Positions 10,007 to 19,656 are shown, counted from the first letter of the stretch. The stretch is DNA of 64,000 nucleotides from an uncultured Alphaproteobacteria bacterium (GCA_963756175.1 CAVWMR010000004.1:174637-238636); one strand, 5' to 3'. Notes: generated from the letters alone by a model not told the origin. Numbers and translations are program-made.

Positions 10007-11436
10007 CCTTTCGGTGGCGTGAGCGGACGGGCGCCGCTGCCCGGCCTGCGTCCGGTCGCCTCGCGTGCCGCTTCCTCGGCGGCGGAGAGCGGGCGGTTCG
10101 GGAGCCCCTGCGGCGCGGCTGTCGCCTCACCCTTTGGGCCGGCGTGGATCAGGCGGTTGATGTAATAGATGCCCATGCTGAAGACGATGCCATAAATGAA
10201 AACGAACAGCGCGAGCGTGCTGGCAACGCTGGCGCCAGGAACGGGCGACGTCGCATCCGCTGTTCGCAGCAGGCCCTGCACCACCCACGGCTGCCGCCCC
10301 TGCTCGGTGACGAACCATCCAGCGAGGATCGCGATGAAACCGAGCGGCCACATGTATGACGTCGAGCGCAGAAACCATCGGCTCTCGAACAGGCTGCCGC
10401 GCCACCACAGATACGCTCCCCAAAGCCCGACGACGATCAGCAGCATTCCGATCCCGACCATGATGCGGAACGAGAAAAACACGTTGGCGACCGGCGGCCA
10501 GTCGCTTTCGGGAAAATCCGTGAGACCCGGATACCGGCCCTCCCAGGAGTGGGTGAGTACCAGCGAGCCGACACCCGGCAGCGCGATCTGGAAGTGATTT
10601 TTGCGTGCCTTCTCGTCGGGAATGCCGAACAGCACGAGCGCACCCGGCTCTTTGCTGTTCCAGTGCCCTTCCATGGCCGCGACTTTGGCTGGCTGGTGCT
10701 TCAGTGTATTGAGCCCGTGCAGATCGCCTATGAAAAGTTGTAACGGCGCGACGATCGCGATCATGCCGACCGCCATCCGCAGCATCGTGCGGCTCTCCTC
10801 GACGTGGCGACCGTCGAGCAGATAGCGCGCGCCGACCGCAAGCACGACGACCGCCGTCGTCAGATACGCTGCGTTGAGCATATGAGCGAGGCGATAGGGA
10901 AAGCTCGGGTTGAAGATGATTTCCCACCAGCTCACGGGAAAGGCGATGCCGTTGCGGATTTCATGCCCGGTCGGCGTGTGCATCCAGCTATTGGCGGCGA
11001 GGATCCAGAACGCGCTCGTCGCGGTGCCGATCGCGACCAGCCCCGCCGCGAGCGTGATCAGCCACGGCGGAAAGCGATTCCAGCCGAACAGCAGAATGCC
11101 GAGAAACGTCGCCTCGAGATAGAATGCGGTCAAAACCTCGTAGCCGATCAACGGACCGATGACATTGCCGCTGAACTCGGAAAACCGGCTCCAATTGGTG
11201 CCGAACTGGTAGCTGAGCACGATGCCGGAGACCACGCCCATGGCGAACGAGACGGCAAAGATTTTGGTCCAGAACCGCGCGAGGCGATGAAATTTTTCGT
11301 TGTCGGTTCGCAGCCACAGCAGCAGCAGAACGGTGATGAACGCCGACAATCCGATCGTAAAGGCAGGAAAGATGATGTGGAAGGAAATGGTAAAAGCGAA
11401 CTGGATCCGGGCGAGCAGGACTGGATCGAATTCCAT
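10003..11436 (-). CDS. cydA: Cytochrome bd-type ubiquinol oxidase subunit I; short-Q-loop (CioA-like) form of about 477 aa
   Basis: Begins MEFDPVLLARIQFAFTISFHIIFPAFTIGL..., a canonical CydA N-terminus with the conserved His. Its length is below that of E. coli CydA, consistent with a cyanide-insensitive CioAB type. Confidence 0.85.
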   Translation of the reverse strand: MEFDPVLLARIQFAFTISFHIIFPAFTIGLSAFITVLLLLWLRTDNEKFHRLARFWTKIFAVSFAMGVVSGIVLSYQFGTNWSRFSEFSGNVIGPLIGYEVLTAFYLEATFLGILLFGWNRFPPWLITLAAGLVAIGTATSAFWILAANSWMHTPTGHEIRNGIAFPVSWWEIIFNPSFPYRLAHMLNAAYLTTAVVVLAVGARYLLDGRHVEESRTMLRMAVGMIAIVAPLQLFIGDLHGLNTLKHQPAKVAAMEGHWNSKEPGALVLFGIPDEKARKNHFQIALPGVGSLVLTHSWEGRYPGLTDFPESDWPPVANVFFSFRIMVGIGMLLIVVGLWGAYLWWRGSLFESRWFLRSTSYMWPLGFIAILAGWFVTEQGRQPWVVQGLLRTADATSPVPGASVASTLALFVFIYGIVFSMGIYYINRLIHAGPKGEATAAPQGLPNRPLSAAEEAAREATGRRPGSGARPLTPPKG

Positions 11437-11662
11437 CGGTGCCTCCAGACGATCGCGGCGCGGCCAAGGGCCGGTTCGCACACTGTAGGCTGTAAAGTTA
11501 TGAAGCGCGATGTCAACCCGCGCCCGATCGTCGCCGCGCGTTTGTGCCGCTCACGGAAAAGAGATCAACCGCCTCCAATCCAACGTTTGTACGCCGTGCT
11601 AGATACAGACTGTCACGGCGGCGGACGTTCGCCGGAAAATCTGGATCGGGGAGGTTATCTGA

Positions 11663-12325
11663 ATGAAACGGACAATCGTTCGGCTTTGGGCTGCATCGAC
11701 CATTATCGGCCTCGGACTGACTGCGGCAGTTCACGCACAGCAGGCGGGCATGACCTTCTTTGTCACCAGCGTCGGCAAGGGTGATGGAGCCAATCTCGGC
11801 GGTCTCGACGGCGCCGACGCGCATTGCCAGGCACTCGCCAAGGCGGCTGGCGCGACCAAGACCAACTGGCGCGCCTATCTCAGCACGACCGCACCGGGCG
11901 GCGACGCCGGCGTCAATGCGCGCGACCGCATCGGCAAGGGTCCATGGCAGAATGCCAAGGGCGAGGTGATCGCCACGAGCGTCGAAAACCTCCACACGGC
12001 ATCGAACAAGCTTACCAAGCAGTCGGCGCTTACCGAGAAGGGTGAGGTCGTCAGCGGCCGCGGCGACAGCGTCAACATGCATGACATGCTGACGGGCTCC
12101 GATCCGGACGGCATGTTCTCGACGGCGGGCGGGGACACGACCTGCGGCAACTGGACGAAGAATGGTGAAGGCTCTGCGATTGTCGGCCATCACGACCGCA
12201 TCGGCCTCAAGGACTCGCGCCATATGAAGTCATGGAACTCGTCGCACGGCTCGCGCAACTGCAGTCAGGACGGCCTGAAGAGCACCGGCGGCGCCGGATT
12301 GTTCTACTGCTTCGCCGCCGACTGA
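11663..12325 (+). CDS. Secreted protein with an endostatin-like / C-type-lectin-fold (DUF1554-like) domain
   Basis: The signal peptide is MKRTIVRLWAASTIIGLGLTAAVHAQQ. The mature part has four Cys and motifs that align with the collagen XVIII endostatin domain: GADAHCQALAKAAG..WRAYLST against [28 protein letters not shown] against GSDPNG; and a C-terminal FYCF. Confidence 0.5.
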   Translation: MKRTIVRLWAASTIIGLGLTAAVHAQQAGMTFFVTSVGKGDGANLGGLDGADAHCQALAKAAGATKTNWRAYLSTTAPGGDAGVNARDRIGKGPWQNAKGEVIATSVENLHTASNKLTKQSALTEKGEVVSGRGDSVNMHDMLTGSDPDGMFSTAGGDTTCGNWTKNGEGSAIVGHHDRIGLKDSRHMKSWNSSHGSRNCSQDGLKSTGGAGLFYCFAAD

Positions 12326-12338
12326 CGGGACGTCTGAT

Positions 12339-12375
12339 GTCGTTCGAACGCTCCGCCCCGCAACGGGCGGGGCGT
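12339..12375 (+). terminator. Rho-independent terminator downstream of the secreted-protein gene
   Basis: Stem GCCCCGC / loop AACGG / stem GCGGGGC, followed by GTTTCTATTT. Confidence 0.5.
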
Positions 12376-12377
12376 TT

Positions 12378-13376
12378 CTATTTCCCCGCCTTCAACTTCA
12401 ACAGCGCATCGGCGTTGCCGTGCGTCAGCTTCGCCATGTCGGCAGGGGCCAGCACCAAGCGGTCGAGGAAAGCGCGACCCTTTGCATTGGCGGCGTAGGG
12501 ATAGTCGACCGAGAACATGATGCGATCGATGCCGAACGTCATCTGCGCCGCTAGAAATGGCGGCTCGGTGAAAATGCCGCTCGTCGTCAGCCAGACCTGA
12601 TCGAGAATGGCCTGACTGATCGGGCGATTCAGATGCCCGATATCGAGTGAAAAGACCTCGTCGGCGCGGGCGAGCATCATCGGCAGCATCTCGCCCATGT
12701 GGCCGATGATCAACCGCAGCTTGGGATGTCGGTCGAGCGCGCCGGCGAGCACGAGACGGAGGACGTGGATCGCCGTCTCCGAATGCCACCCCCAGCCCGC
12801 CGCCTCCAGCACCCGGCTGGCGCCCGGCTCGAGATCGGAGAAATACGCCTGCCGCACGGCTTCCGGCGCGAGATGGGGATGGATATAGATCGGCACATCG
12901 AGGTCGACCGCTGTCGCGAGCAAACCGTCGTAGCTCGGATGGTCGAGGAAGCGGCCCTCGGTCGAGCCATTGATGAGCGCACCGACAAATCCGAGGTCTT
13001 TGACCGCGCGTCTGAACTCCACCGCGGCGGCGTCCGGCGATTGCATAGGTAGCACCGCGAAGCCGGCGAAGCGATCGGGATGACGCGCGATCGCCGCCGC
13101 CAGATGGTCGTTCATTTCGCGCGCGATCGCGACACCCTCGGCGCCGGGCACGAGATCGGGACCGGGCCCCGTGTTTGAGAGCACCTGCACGGTAATCCCG
13201 GCCTCATCCATCAGGCGCATCCGCTGCTCACCGATTTCCGGCGCCAGTTCGAGCGGCTTCGGCCCGCTCGTCGGATCGCGCCGTTGACGAAAGCCGCGCC
13301 GCGCGATCGCCGCTGGATCGATCCGCTTGACGAGTGCCGGAACGGTAAAATGCTCTTCGAGTGCGACGACACGCAT
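12378..13376 (-). CDS. Amidohydrolase-2 family metal-dependent hydrolase (ACMSD-like TIM barrel)
   Basis: Begins MRVVALEEHFTVP... with internal HxH/His/Asp metal-ligand pattern typical of the Amidohydro_2 family (from memory). Confidence 0.7.
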   Translation of the reverse strand: MRVVALEEHFTVPALVKRIDPAAIARRGFRQRRDPTSGPKPLELAPEIGEQRMRLMDEAGITVQVLSNTGPGPDLVPGAEGVAIAREMNDHLAAAIARHPDRFAGFAVLPMQSPDAAAVEFRRAVKDLGFVGALINGSTEGRFLDHPSYDGLLATAVDLDVPIYIHPHLAPEAVRQAYFSDLEPGASRVLEAAGWGWHSETAIHVLRLVLAGALDRHPKLRLIIGHMGEMLPMMLARADEVFSLDIGHLNRPISQAILDQVWLTTSGIFTEPPFLAAQMTFGIDRIMFSVDYPYAANAKGRAFLDRLVLAPADMAKLTHGNADALLKLKAGK

Positions 13377-13526
13377 GGCAAATACTCCCACTGCTTGTTC
13401 CGCTGAGCTTTGCACGCCGTCGCCTCCCACAACAAGATAGCCGTGGACGCGAGCCGGTTGCCAAATCGCGATCAGAGTGTGACGCTTGGCTCGATCCCGC
13501 CGACGAACCTACGATGGAGCCACGTC

Positions 13527-13922
13527 ATGTCGTTGACCGTCATCGACCACGCAAGCCAGCCGAAGGATGAGTGGCGGCCTGGCGTGATGACGCGCATGAT
13601 TGCGTCTTCCGCGGTCGGCTCGTCCCAGCTCGCCGTGTTCGAGCAGTGGTGCGATCCGGGTCTCGGCGCGCCGGCACACCTGCACGCGGTCGAGGAGATT
13701 TTGACCGTCATCGAAGGCGAGGCCGAGGTATGGGTCGATGATGAGCGTCGTCACCTGACCGCTGGTCAGTCGGCGCTTATTCCGGCGGGCCGCAAGCATG
13801 GCTTCAGCAATATCGGAACGGGAATACTGCGCGTGCAGGCGATCCTGGCGTCCCCGATCTTCGAGGCCGCCTATGACGACAAGCGCGAGACGCCGCGCCG
13901 CTGGCTGCCCGGCTCTGCTTGA
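13527..13922 (+). CDS. Cupin-domain protein
   Basis: Small ORF with a two-His cupin motif (PAHLHAVEEIL...G...IPAGRKHGF). Confidence 0.55.
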   Translation: MSLTVIDHASQPKDEWRPGVMTRMIASSAVGSSQLAVFEQWCDPGLGAPAHLHAVEEILTVIEGEAEVWVDDERRHLTAGQSALIPAGRKHGFSNIGTGILRVQAILASPIFEAAYDDKRETPRRWLPGSA

Positions 13923-13931
13923 GCGTGCGAC

Positions 13932-16034
13932 TCAGCCCATTGCCGCGACGATCGCGTCCCGCGTAATGGGGAGCGCGCGCACGCGGACCCCGAGCGCCGC
14001 GCGCACCGCGTTGCCGATCGCCGCAGCAGTTGGGCCTGTCGCGGCCTCGCCGACACCGAGCGGCGGCGCCTCCGGACGCGCGATCACGGCGACCTCGACC
14101 TCGGGCACTTCGCTGAAGCGCAGGATCGGATAGCCTTCCCAGTCGCGGGTGGCGATCGCATCGCCATCAAGCGCCACGCGCTCCTTCAGCGTCCAGCTCG
14201 CGGATTGGATGATACCGCCCTCGATCTGGTTGATGATGCCGTCCGGATTGATTGCTTCCCCGGCATCGACCGCGGCCCAAGCATGCGTCAGGCGAACGCG
14301 CTCGTCACACACCACACGCGCGACGACCGCGCAGTAGGCGCTGCGGTTCTTGTACTGGCAGAAGCCGATACCGAAGCCGGTGCCCGGCACGCGCGGTCCT
14401 GGCCATCCCGCCATGTCGGCGGCTTTCTGCACCACCGCCGCGGCGCGCTTGTCCTCTAGGTTTGCGATCCGCAGCGCGACGGGATCGACGCCGATCTCCG
14501 CGGCGATATCGTCCATCAGCGTCTCGAGCGCGAATACGTTCGTGTAGCCGCCAAGCGCACGCAGCGCTGAGGTGCGATAGGGAAGATCCCGCAGGATGCG
14601 CTTCGAGACGTGGATGTTGGGAATTGCATAGAGCGGGATGGCGTTGCGTTCACCGCCGCCACCGCGCGCCAGCGGCGGATCCACCGGCACTCCTTTCGGA
14701 AATGGATCGGTGAGGCGTTCGGCGGCGATCAGGTTGGCGGTGCCGCCGCGACCGGGCCGAAAAACCTGCGATTGACACACCGATTGAATGCGCATCGATG
14801 CGATCCGACCATCCGAGCCAACCTTGGCCTCCGCGTTGACGATCATGCCTGGACCGGTCGGCGCGAGAGAAAAATCGGCGAACCGCGACCACAGCAGGCG
14901 CACGGGCCGACCCGGCATCGCGCGCGCAAGCAGTGCCGCCTCGTACGCCACGTCGTCCTGGCCGCTGTGCCCGTAGGTGCCGGCACCCGGCGCGTGGATC
15001 ACGACGACCTTTGCCGACTCGACGCCCAGCACCATCGCCAGCGCCGTGCGCAAATCGTGCACGCCTTGGCTGTGCGAGTAGACCTCCAGCGCCCCGTCGC
15101 GCCAGACCGCAATGGCGCACGACGGCGCGACGGACGCATGCGCGATGTAGGGCCGCTCGACCTCCGTTGCAATGCGGCGCCCCTCGGCGGCGTCAACATC
15201 CCCTTTGACGACGATCTCTTCGGGCGTCGATGAATCGACCGCGATGGCCGCACGCAAATCGGCCGGGACCGGCGCGCCGGCCGTCCAAGTCGCCAGCCGT
15301 TGCGCCGCTGCGATGGCGCGCACCGCTACTTCTTCACGCTCCGCAATGACGCCAACGAATGAGCCATCGCGCACCAGTTGCACACCCGGGAACGAGCGCC
15401 GCAGCGCGTCTTCATCGAACGTCACAAGACGGCGATCGCGCGCCGGCGGATCGAGGACGCGGCCATGCAGCATTCCCTCGAGCTCGATATCGTGGATGAA
15501 GCCGGCACCCGCCGCCTTAGCCGCGAGATCGACGCGCGGCATGGACGTGCCGACGAGACGACGCTCCGACGGCGCTTTCGGCCGCGCGTGGTCCATGACG
15601 GGCGCCGCGAGGTCGACTGCCGGCGCAAGTGACCAGTACGTCAGATCCGTCGCGCGACCGCTGACAACGATGCGGCCATCCTCGACGCTGAGCGCTTCCG
15701 CCGGCGCCTGCAGTAGCTTCGCCGCCTCTGCAAGGAGAAGCGCGCGCACAGCCGACGCCGCAAGGCGCACGGCGCGGCCGCCCGTCTCGACCGAGAGGCT
15801 GCTTGACGTGCCGGCCTCGAGCGGTCCGAGCGCTGTATGGCCGGAAATCAATCTGACACGATCCGGCGCAACATCGAGTTCGTCGGCGGCGATCTGAATG
15901 AGCGCCGTCGCGATGCCCTGGCCGATTTCGACCTTGCCGGATTTGAGGACGACCGTCTCGTCGCGCGCGATGTCGATCCAGTCGCGGCAATTGGGATTGT
16001 CGGTGAGGCTGGGAGACGATGCGATTGCGGTCAT
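13932..16034 (-). CDS. Xanthine dehydrogenase-family molybdopterin-binding large subunit (IorB / aldehyde oxidoreductase-like, two-subunit type)
   Basis: About 700 aa with Ald_Xan_dh_C-like motifs. Its start ATG overlaps the stop of the upstream 2Fe-2S gene (ATGA). Confidence 0.8.
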   Translation of the reverse strand: MTAIASSPSLTDNPNCRDWIDIARDETVVLKSGKVEIGQGIATALIQIAADELDVAPDRVRLISGHTALGPLEAGTSSSLSVETGGRAVRLAASAVRALLLAEAAKLLQAPAEALSVEDGRIVVSGRATDLTYWSLAPAVDLAAPVMDHARPKAPSERRLVGTSMPRVDLAAKAAGAGFIHDIELEGMLHGRVLDPPARDRRLVTFDEDALRRSFPGVQLVRDGSFVGVIAEREEVAVRAIAAAQRLATWTAGAPVPADLRAAIAVDSSTPEEIVVKGDVDAAEGRRIATEVERPYIAHASVAPSCAIAVWRDGALEVYSHSQGVHDLRTALAMVLGVESAKVVVIHAPGAGTYGHSGQDDVAYEAALLARAMPGRPVRLLWSRFADFSLAPTGPGMIVNAEAKVGSDGRIASMRIQSVCQSQVFRPGRGGTANLIAAERLTDPFPKGVPVDPPLARGGGGERNAIPLYAIPNIHVSKRILRDLPYRTSALRALGGYTNVFALETLMDDIAAEIGVDPVALRIANLEDKRAAAVVQKAADMAGWPGPRVPGTGFGIGFCQYKNRSAYCAVVARVVCDERVRLTHAWAAVDAGEAINPDGIINQIEGGIIQSASWTLKERVALDGDAIATRDWEGYPILRFSEVPEVEVAVIARPEAPPLGVGEAATGPTAAAIGNAVRAALGVRVRALPITRDAIVAAMG

Positions 16035-16504
16035 GGCGCGACCCTCCCCACGCTGGCTGCCTGCTCGATCGCGCGGATCATGCGGGCGTGCGCGCCGCAT
16101 CGACAGAGATGCCCGTCGAGCGCGGTCACGATATCGTCGCGGGTCGGAGACGGCTTCGCGGCCATCAGCGCTTTAGCCCGCATCAGTATCCCGGCGAGAC
16201 AGTAGCCGCACTGGCCGGCCTGCTCGTTGATGAAACTTTCGACCAGGGGATGCCGCGTTCCACCATCAACCAGTGACTCAACGGTCTCGATCTTCCGGCC
16301 AGCGACCGCACTCACCGGCTCCATGCACGCCGTCACCGCCCGGCCGTCGATCAGCACAGTGCAGCTCATGCATTGGCCCTCCACGCACCCCGCGCGCGTA
16401 CCCTTGAGGCCGAGGTCATTGCGGAGCACGTACAGGAGCGGCGTATCGGGATCGACGGCAACGCCAACCCGCTTGCCATTCACGTGGAATTCGATGCGAT
16501 CCAT
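16031..16504 (-). CDS. (2Fe-2S)-binding small subunit of the molybdenum hydroxylase (IorA-like)
   Basis: Two Cys clusters: a ferredoxin-type cluster (GCVEGQCMSCTV) and CGYC...CRCGAH. Confidence 0.8.
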   Translation of the reverse strand: MDRIEFHVNGKRVGVAVDPDTPLLYVLRNDLGLKGTRAGCVEGQCMSCTVLIDGRAVTACMEPVSAVAGRKIETVESLVDGGTRHPLVESFINEQAGQCGYCLAGILMRAKALMAAKPSPTRDDIVTALDGHLCRCGAHARMIRAIEQAASVGRVAP

Positions 16505-16718
16505 GGCGCCAACCGCCTCCCGATACAGTGCGTTGAGTTTATTTCGTTGACGGGAACTTCGCACGTCGTGTGCCGACCACGCTAGTGCACGATCGCAGGT
16601 CTGCTATTGCAATCGCCCGCCACGCGGCGCCGGGGCGTCGACACCGATCTGCCGAGGGCGTACCTTCGGCCGCAAGTCCACACACACGTCAACCACCGAT
16701 CGGCGCGGGGCTGCGAAC

Positions 16719-17567
16719 ATGAATTGGCGACGAGCATTCCTGTGCGCTGCACTGGCGGCAGTCCTCGGCGTGCCGGCACGGGCCGACGCGGGCGAGCACG
16801 TCACGTTCGCGGGTCCCAAACAGGGTCCTGAGACGCTCCAAGCCGAATGGTTTCGGCCAAGCGGAACCAAGGGCCCCATCCCCGCGATCATCGCGCTCCA
16901 TGGCTGCGGCGGCAGCACGCGACCAGACGGACGGCCGTTGACCCGTACGAGTGACTGGACCGACCGTTGGCTGGCCGCTGGCTACGCTGTGCTCTGGCCG
17001 GACAGCTTCGGCTCACGCGGGCTCGGGCCTCAATGCCAGAACCGCGAGCGAACCGTTTTCCCGCGCCAGCGCGCGCGCGACACGCAAGCGGCCGCCCGTT
17101 GGCTGGCAAGTCAGCCGGACATCGACGTGAAGAGAATCGCGCTGGTCGGTTGGTCCAATGGCGGCAGCACGGTCCTCTACGCCATCCAAGACGGTGGACC
17201 GGCCCCGACACCCGACTTCCGCACGGCCATCGCGTTTTATCCAGGTTGCCGAGCGCCGATGGCACGCGCCAAAAAAGAAGGCGGCGAATGGGCGACGCGA
17301 CTTCCGCTCAACATACTGATGGGGGCGGCCGACGACTGGACGCCTGCCGAGCCCTGCCGCGAACTCGCGCGCGCGCAAGGCGTGCGCTACGTCGAATATG
17401 AGGGCGCCTATCACGGCTTCGATGCTCTCGATTCACCGATCCGCGTCCGTCGTGGCCTCGCCTACACAGCCAACGGCTCCGGCGTGGCTCACCAGGGCAC
17501 AGACCCCAAGGCGCGCGCCGCTGCGATCGCCGAAGTCACGGCGATCCTGGCGGAGGCATTGAAATGA
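16719..17567 (+). CDS. Dienelactone hydrolase-family alpha/beta hydrolase, secreted
   Basis: Signal peptide followed by HGCGG and a GWSNGG nucleophile elbow. Confidence 0.7.
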   Translation: MNWRRAFLCAALAAVLGVPARADAGEHVTFAGPKQGPETLQAEWFRPSGTKGPIPAIIALHGCGGSTRPDGRPLTRTSDWTDRWLAAGYAVLWPDSFGSRGLGPQCQNRERTVFPRQRARDTQAAARWLASQPDIDVKRIALVGWSNGGSTVLYAIQDGGPAPTPDFRTAIAFYPGCRAPMARAKKEGGEWATRLPLNILMGAADDWTPAEPCRELARAQGVRYVEYEGAYHGFDALDSPIRVRRGLAYTANGSGVAHQGTDPKARAAAIAEVTAILAEALK

Positions 17568-17604
17568 AACTGCATCGACACACTCAGCAGGAAGCGCGAC
17601 AGCA

Positions 17605-18213
17605 ATGAAACTTTATGATCTCAAGGCCGGCATGAATCCGCGACGGGTCCGCATCTTCCTGGCCGAGAAGGGGGTCACGGTTCCAGTCGCCAGCATCGAT
17701 ATGATGAAGGGCGAGAACCACACGCCTGAGTTTCTGGCGCTCAATCCGCTGGGCACCATGCCTGTTCTGGAACTCGATGACGGGACGATCCTGACCGAGT
17801 CCATGGCCATCTGTCGCTACTTCGACGCGCTCCATCCGGAGCCCGATCTGTTTGGACAGGGCGCTCTCGAGCAGGCGCAAGTCGAGATGTGGAACCGGCG
17901 CGCCGAAATGGAACTTATGCGACCGCTTTCCGACCAGTTTCGCCATTTGAGCCCCTTCTGGAAGAGCCGGCTCGAACAACTTCCTGACTTCGGCGCGCAG
18001 GCACAACGCAAGGCGCGCGACACCATGGCCTGGTTCGATCGCGAACTGGCGACACGGCCCTATCTCGCGGGCTCGCGCTACACCGTCGCCGATATCACCG
18101 CTCAATGCGCACTGCTGCTCGGCAAGGGCACGGGTATGCCGATCCCCGACGAACTGAAAAATCTCGGACGATGGTGGGCGGGGGTATCGGCGCGACCGAC
18201 GGCGCGGGCATGA
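17605..18213 (+). CDS. Glutathione S-transferase
   Basis: N-terminal thioredoxin-like GST domain (MKLYDLKAGMNPRRVRIFLAEKGV...) plus a C-terminal helical domain. Confidence 0.8.
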   Translation: MKLYDLKAGMNPRRVRIFLAEKGVTVPVASIDMMKGENHTPEFLALNPLGTMPVLELDDGTILTESMAICRYFDALHPEPDLFGQGALEQAQVEMWNRRAEMELMRPLSDQFRHLSPFWKSRLEQLPDFGAQAQRKARDTMAWFDRELATRPYLAGSRYTVADITAQCALLLGKGTGMPIPDELKNLGRWWAGVSARPTARA

Positions 18214-18305
18214 TCACGTTCTCGTGCCCCGCGTTGCGAAGTGATGCTGGATGCCGCATTGTCGACTGACGGCCTGGGCGCCGAGAAAAACAACAAAGGC
18301 TGCCA

Positions 18306-19523
18306 ATGGCGCGCATCGAAGATATTCCGCAGCCGACGCGTGACGTTGTCCTCGGTCTCGCCTGTCCGGAACTGCCGGGCACGCCCTGGGTCGTGCCAAG
18401 ACCACTTTCGGAATGCCGGATCGCCATCTTGACCAGCGCTGCGCTGGTTGAGCGCGGTGCGATGCCATTTCCAGCGGGCACCGCCGAATTCCGCAAATTG
18501 CCTTCGTCGCTGGCGCCCGCCGACATGCTGATGAGCCATATCTCGATCAACTTTGATCGTTTCGGTTTTCAGCGGGACATCAACATCGCCTACCCGATCG
18601 ATCGGCTGCGTGAACTCGCGGCTGACGGCACCATCGGCTCCGTTGCCGATACGCACTACTCGGTGATGGGCTCGACGGACCCGGCGACGATGGCGGAGAC
18701 CGCGGACGGCATAGTCGGGCTTCTGAAGCAGCAGGAGGTCGACGCCGTCCTGCTGTGCCCTGTCTGACCATTCTGCACGCGCGCCGTGAGCGCGCTAGGC
18801 CATATGATCGAGACCAGGGGCGTTGCGACGGTGGTGATCGGGCTCGTGCGCCCGCACCTCGAAATCACGAAATCGCCACGCAGTCTCTGGGTACCGTTCC
18901 CACTCGGTCGCCCGCTCGGGGAGCCTGAAGATCCCGCCTTCCAGCGCCGCGTGCTGTCGGCGGCACTTGGCCTACTTGAACGCCGTGACGGCCCCGTCCT
19001 GCTGATCGATTTCCCCGACGACGCCCCGAGCATGACAGACACCCCCGGCTGGACGCCACGCGTTGACCTGCCGGCTCTGCCATCGAGCCTGCCGGACGAC
19101 GTTGCCGGTTGGGCTGCGGCGCTCTCTGCCGAACTGAAGTTGATGCACCCGCATTGGGAAGCTGCGCAACGCCGGTTCGCGCGCACGACGGTCGGCCTAT
19201 CGCAGTTGCCGCTGGAGCGGTGGGCGCCGTACGCAGCGCCGTTCCTCGCAGGCGAAATACCGGCGTCGAGCGTTGAGGGATTGTCGCCGGCGCTTCTCCT
19301 GCGCGTCGTAGCCGACGATATCAAGGCGCTCTACGGCGAGGCCGTACAGGCCGCCGGACCACAACCGTCGAGCGCACAGGTGAATTTCTGGTTCTGGAAT
19401 CGGACGCTCGCCGGACAGTTCCTGCGCGCTCTGCGCATTGCCGCGCTGACCAGCCCGCACAGCGGCTTCAACACCGTCGGCTCGCGCTTCATCGTTCCCG
19501 CGCCCTGGGTCGCGCCCGCATAA
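18306..19523 (+). CDS. Glycine/sarcosine/betaine/D-proline reductase selenoprotein-B (GrdB/PrdB) family protein; candidate selenoprotein with in-frame UGA (Sec) at 18765..18767
   Basis: ORFs 18306..18764 and 18786..19523 are in the same frame and separated only by TGA. Read-through gives ...LLCPV-U-PFCTRAVSALGHMIETRGVATVVIGLV... A SECIS-like hairpin starts 11 nt downstream. Confidence 0.5.
18779..18795 (+). promoter_or_regulatory. SECIS-like RNA hairpin (bacterial selenocysteine insertion element candidate)
   Basis: GCGCGC stem, CGUGA loop and GCGCGC stem, 17 nt in total, beginning 11 nt after the UGA. The loop contains GU. The geometry matches the minimal E. coli fdhF SECIS. Confidence 0.35.
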
Positions 19524-19636
19524 GCCGCACAGCCCCAATCTCTTGTTGCATAGACCCGCGCAATCGGCGCCGGAGTGAGTAAAAAAACGCCGCGCCGTGA
19601 AACTTCGCCGGCGGCCGCCCGTAGCTACTCCCCTGA

Positions 19637-19656
19637 CAATTCAACCCGTGTTGAAT
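19637..19656. other. Perfect 8-bp palindrome AATTCAAC-ccgt-GTTGAATT in a convergent intergenic region
   Basis: Seen directly in the sequence. Possible protein-binding site or hairpin. Confidence 0.3.
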
